64,000 nt of DNA from a virus, in the IMG/VR virus record IMGVR_UViG_3300025141_000063, positions 1-64,000 of that record; one strand, given 5' to 3'. The translations under genes were made by a program, and so were the position numbers. The first letter of the stretch is position 1. Every line of letters begins with the position of its first letter. The notes under the pieces were generated by a model. That model ran no database searches and was not told where the DNA came from. It was given only the letters and a program-made list of their open reading frames with translations. Below are positions 62,901 to 64,000 of this stretch, piece after piece.

Positions 62901-64000
62901 GACATGAACCAGAAGAAGTCTCCTCCTCCCGCCACCTCTCCTGCCGCGAATAGCAGGCCGATGCCTGACGCGAGAGGAGTCACGTCCAGGGACAGCTCGT
63001 AGGTGCTGTCCACCACGTAGCCCCCCGCGTTGGGGCCCTCCGTGAGGAGCAGGGTGTCCCCGTCGATGGACGTGCACAGCGGCGGCTCACTGTTCGGCAG
63101 GAGGTTGATGACCTCCCGGAGGATGGCAATCGACGCGTCGGACCCTGGGTCTGAGTCCATGGCCTGCACCCAGTCCGACAGCTTCCGAAGGATGAGGTCG
63201 AGGTCCACGTCAGGGAAGGCCACGAAGAGGTTGCTACAGCAGCCCACCAACTCCCGAGGGATACAGATCTCGAACTGCATCGCCGCCGTACCGTCCGCAT
63301 CTTCCTCGCCCTCGTCGAGGGAGCCGCGGTTCCACGCCACCTGGAGGCCTCCGTCCACCTCGAGCAGCGACGGGGTGCCCGCCACGAAGGAGGGGAAGAA
63401 CGCAGAGATCGTCTTCGTCAGCCAGTCGGTGATGGCGTTGACGTACGTGCGGCCCGCCTCGGGGAGGTCGTAGTTCAGGAAGATGCCGGTGGAGTCCAGC
63501 GTCACGCAGAAGATGTAGCCGTCGCACTCCAAGCACTCGTCGGAGTACTTGTTGGGGGCCGACAGGAGCCGCAGCAGGAGCCGCTCATCGGAGGTCGCCT
63601 CGGACCCCGGACCAGTGTCCTCCTCCTCGAACATGGGGAAGACCCCCGCGTAGGACAGACCCGCTCCCGACCACAGGGTCCAGTAGTAGCCCAGCAGGTA
63701 GCCCCACTCCCACGCCGGATCGAAGTCAGCAGGTAGGCACGAGCCTCGGACAGGGGTCAACGTCGCGGGAGTGGACGGCAGGGACGAGAAGACTTCGTAG
63801 GGGCCGCTGGTTGCGAGGGCCGTCACGATGTCGTTCCGGCCCTTGCCGTACCCAGTCAAGATCCCTTGCATCTCACACGTGGTGCCCGCCAAGTAGAACA
63901 TCCTCACATGGATCGAGGACGTGTGGCCCACCGTGAACCCGCGGGCGTAGGACGCAACGTGTCGTACCCCTGGGCTGTACGCCGGGTGGGCTGACGGGGG
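59936..64000 (-). CDS. large baseplate protein (J/gp6-like C-terminus), 5'-truncated by window edge
   Basis: Frame is open to base 64000; C-terminal NANPIARHFLPSYVSVEVQY; GD-x-L...G-x-Y modules and GY-x-x-G repeats. Confidence 0.6.
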   Translation of the reverse strand, partial: PPSAHPAYSPGVRHVASYARGFTVGHTSSIHVRMFYLAGTTCEMQGILTGYGKGRNDIVTALATSGPYEVFSSLPSTPATLTPVRGSCLPADFDPAWEWGYLLGYYWTLWSGAGLSYAGVFPMFEEEDTGPGSEATSDERLLLRLLSAPNKYSDECLECDGYIFCVTLDSTGIFLNYDLPEAGRTYVNAITDWLTKTISAFFPSFVAGTPSLLEVDGGLQVAWNRGSLDEGEEDADGTAAMQFEICIPRELVGCCSNLFVAFPDVDLDLILRKLSDWVQAMDSDPGSDASIAILREVINLLPNSEPPLCTSIDGDTLLLTEGPNAGGYVVDSTYELSLDVTPLASGIGLLFAAGEVAGGGDFFWFMSGLSIASALMATGSNAEANQLLDDLYSELGPSGGGDPAVALQLLQEYQVGLDVFRPVLKMCAVGIRGQFPVDPWKPYCEMFASGFPVVPPLPGIPPFEAEICDNYGDAADPFDLLVDLITWVFESLRLLGFDLPQNFDVTFSEILAGLLDGMKVPYCVGSRTCTGQIRLYFHEPTTMEVDAGRQCVAFYDPTNVDPAQFPYDSTGCTAFWDGHALEDDFVAGLLAGYADGLLDPVTITGSDALGYGSTDLAAGFPGTYEDDVLAVAGPSYRPVGYNLSTYNGAYGIGYFIGWGLDMGSSTAGVATTDTVDGYTAGLADGIVASGAATIELLAAGAWVNALDAGYAPPAGPASAVADYRAGYAIGRVTGTLSCLLASDIGSFGSGAIPVVLDARVPTLLSSTVGAMEVLFGGDDEAAPYQVLPPQETVAATSPVDYPRDVSVGAPLSVDGKVFTPLQLTDPTRDAPISLGIQSYYDEVEIHEETLLLRSSVVGVRDTVRAAVVATRNGSNIVTVLTEGVDFRGQGAAALAGLGPVRVGDLLFVDEGADEGGYTVTRVVSGTQVQLDRPMTDTSLPADKSGATASYDVSVTPDRVTVGAGTFNSADVGKWLSLFSSHYPENTGSYKILATDGTYVDLDNAALTGAEVTVDWAVTAAPALTPAALSGGTELVVGRRIRVYEKTAASFNVVGVSDDLDPATASFYAWAASQPMAAVFRGTDQPFRVVRPGIQRISSTQMEANREGSLYYFDVYARALGTDEVHNVPAEQRFEAVFGTYRSDGYHYEVVDTNFTFSPEEQVALRLSPSFLPVGRDDTLGDQVPLNGQTLQISYDNAPAVADVHRMLIDPGSRTVNANPIARHFLPSYVSVEVQYYGGESETLVGARIQEKIQDLEAVDSMAVAGVVETALREAKATDWVHDIYLVTVTHDIDRRLVGNRSRDRLGGDEPQYFNGSNRLSYFIPGENTGSVDDVDLVPGDMVRAVRFTLPIALR

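Noticed and set aside
1-64000. Stop-codon reassignment, inteins or introns
   Set aside because: Genes end normally at TAG, TGA or TAA and tile tightly; no intein or homing-endonuclease motifs seen in TerL, DnaB, PolA, RecA or RNAP.

Overview
This is a 64-kb segment of a large, high-GC (roughly 65-70% by eye) tailed dsDNA phage, probably contractile-tailed; standard genetic code, no tRNA, rRNA or CRISPR array seen. Minus-strand blocks carry virion/late genes: terminase large subunit, SNF2 helicase, baseplate spike, a 1695-aa modular polyprotein, a 2097-aa single-chain beta-beta' RNA polymerase, portal, and giant tail/baseplate proteins. Plus-strand blocks carry DNA metabolism genes: C5 methyltransferase, RNase HII, SF2 helicase, UDG, DnaB, DnaG, SSB-like protein, PolA, HU, RecA, HAD phosphatase, DEDD exonuclease, Cas4-like nuclease and two resolvases. 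The best candidate for an undescribed system is a K-x-A (often E-K-T-A-S) motif. It is heavily enriched in putative head proteins, separates the enzyme modules of the polyprotein (SET methyltransferase, GNAT, permuted papain-like amidase, zincin-like, membrane segments), flanks an insert in the RNAP and sits at the N-terminus of the SNF2 helicase. This suggests a protease-processed, virion-packaged cargo including its own RNAP. Two candidate promoter classes fit that model: TTG-N3-N18-NATCAT before structural operons and CGG(C/G)ATAAG before replication/early genes. A 71-nt rod-like structured RNA at 45908-45978 may regulate translation or stimulate a -1 frameshift. All protein assignments come from motif recognition by eye, not database searches.
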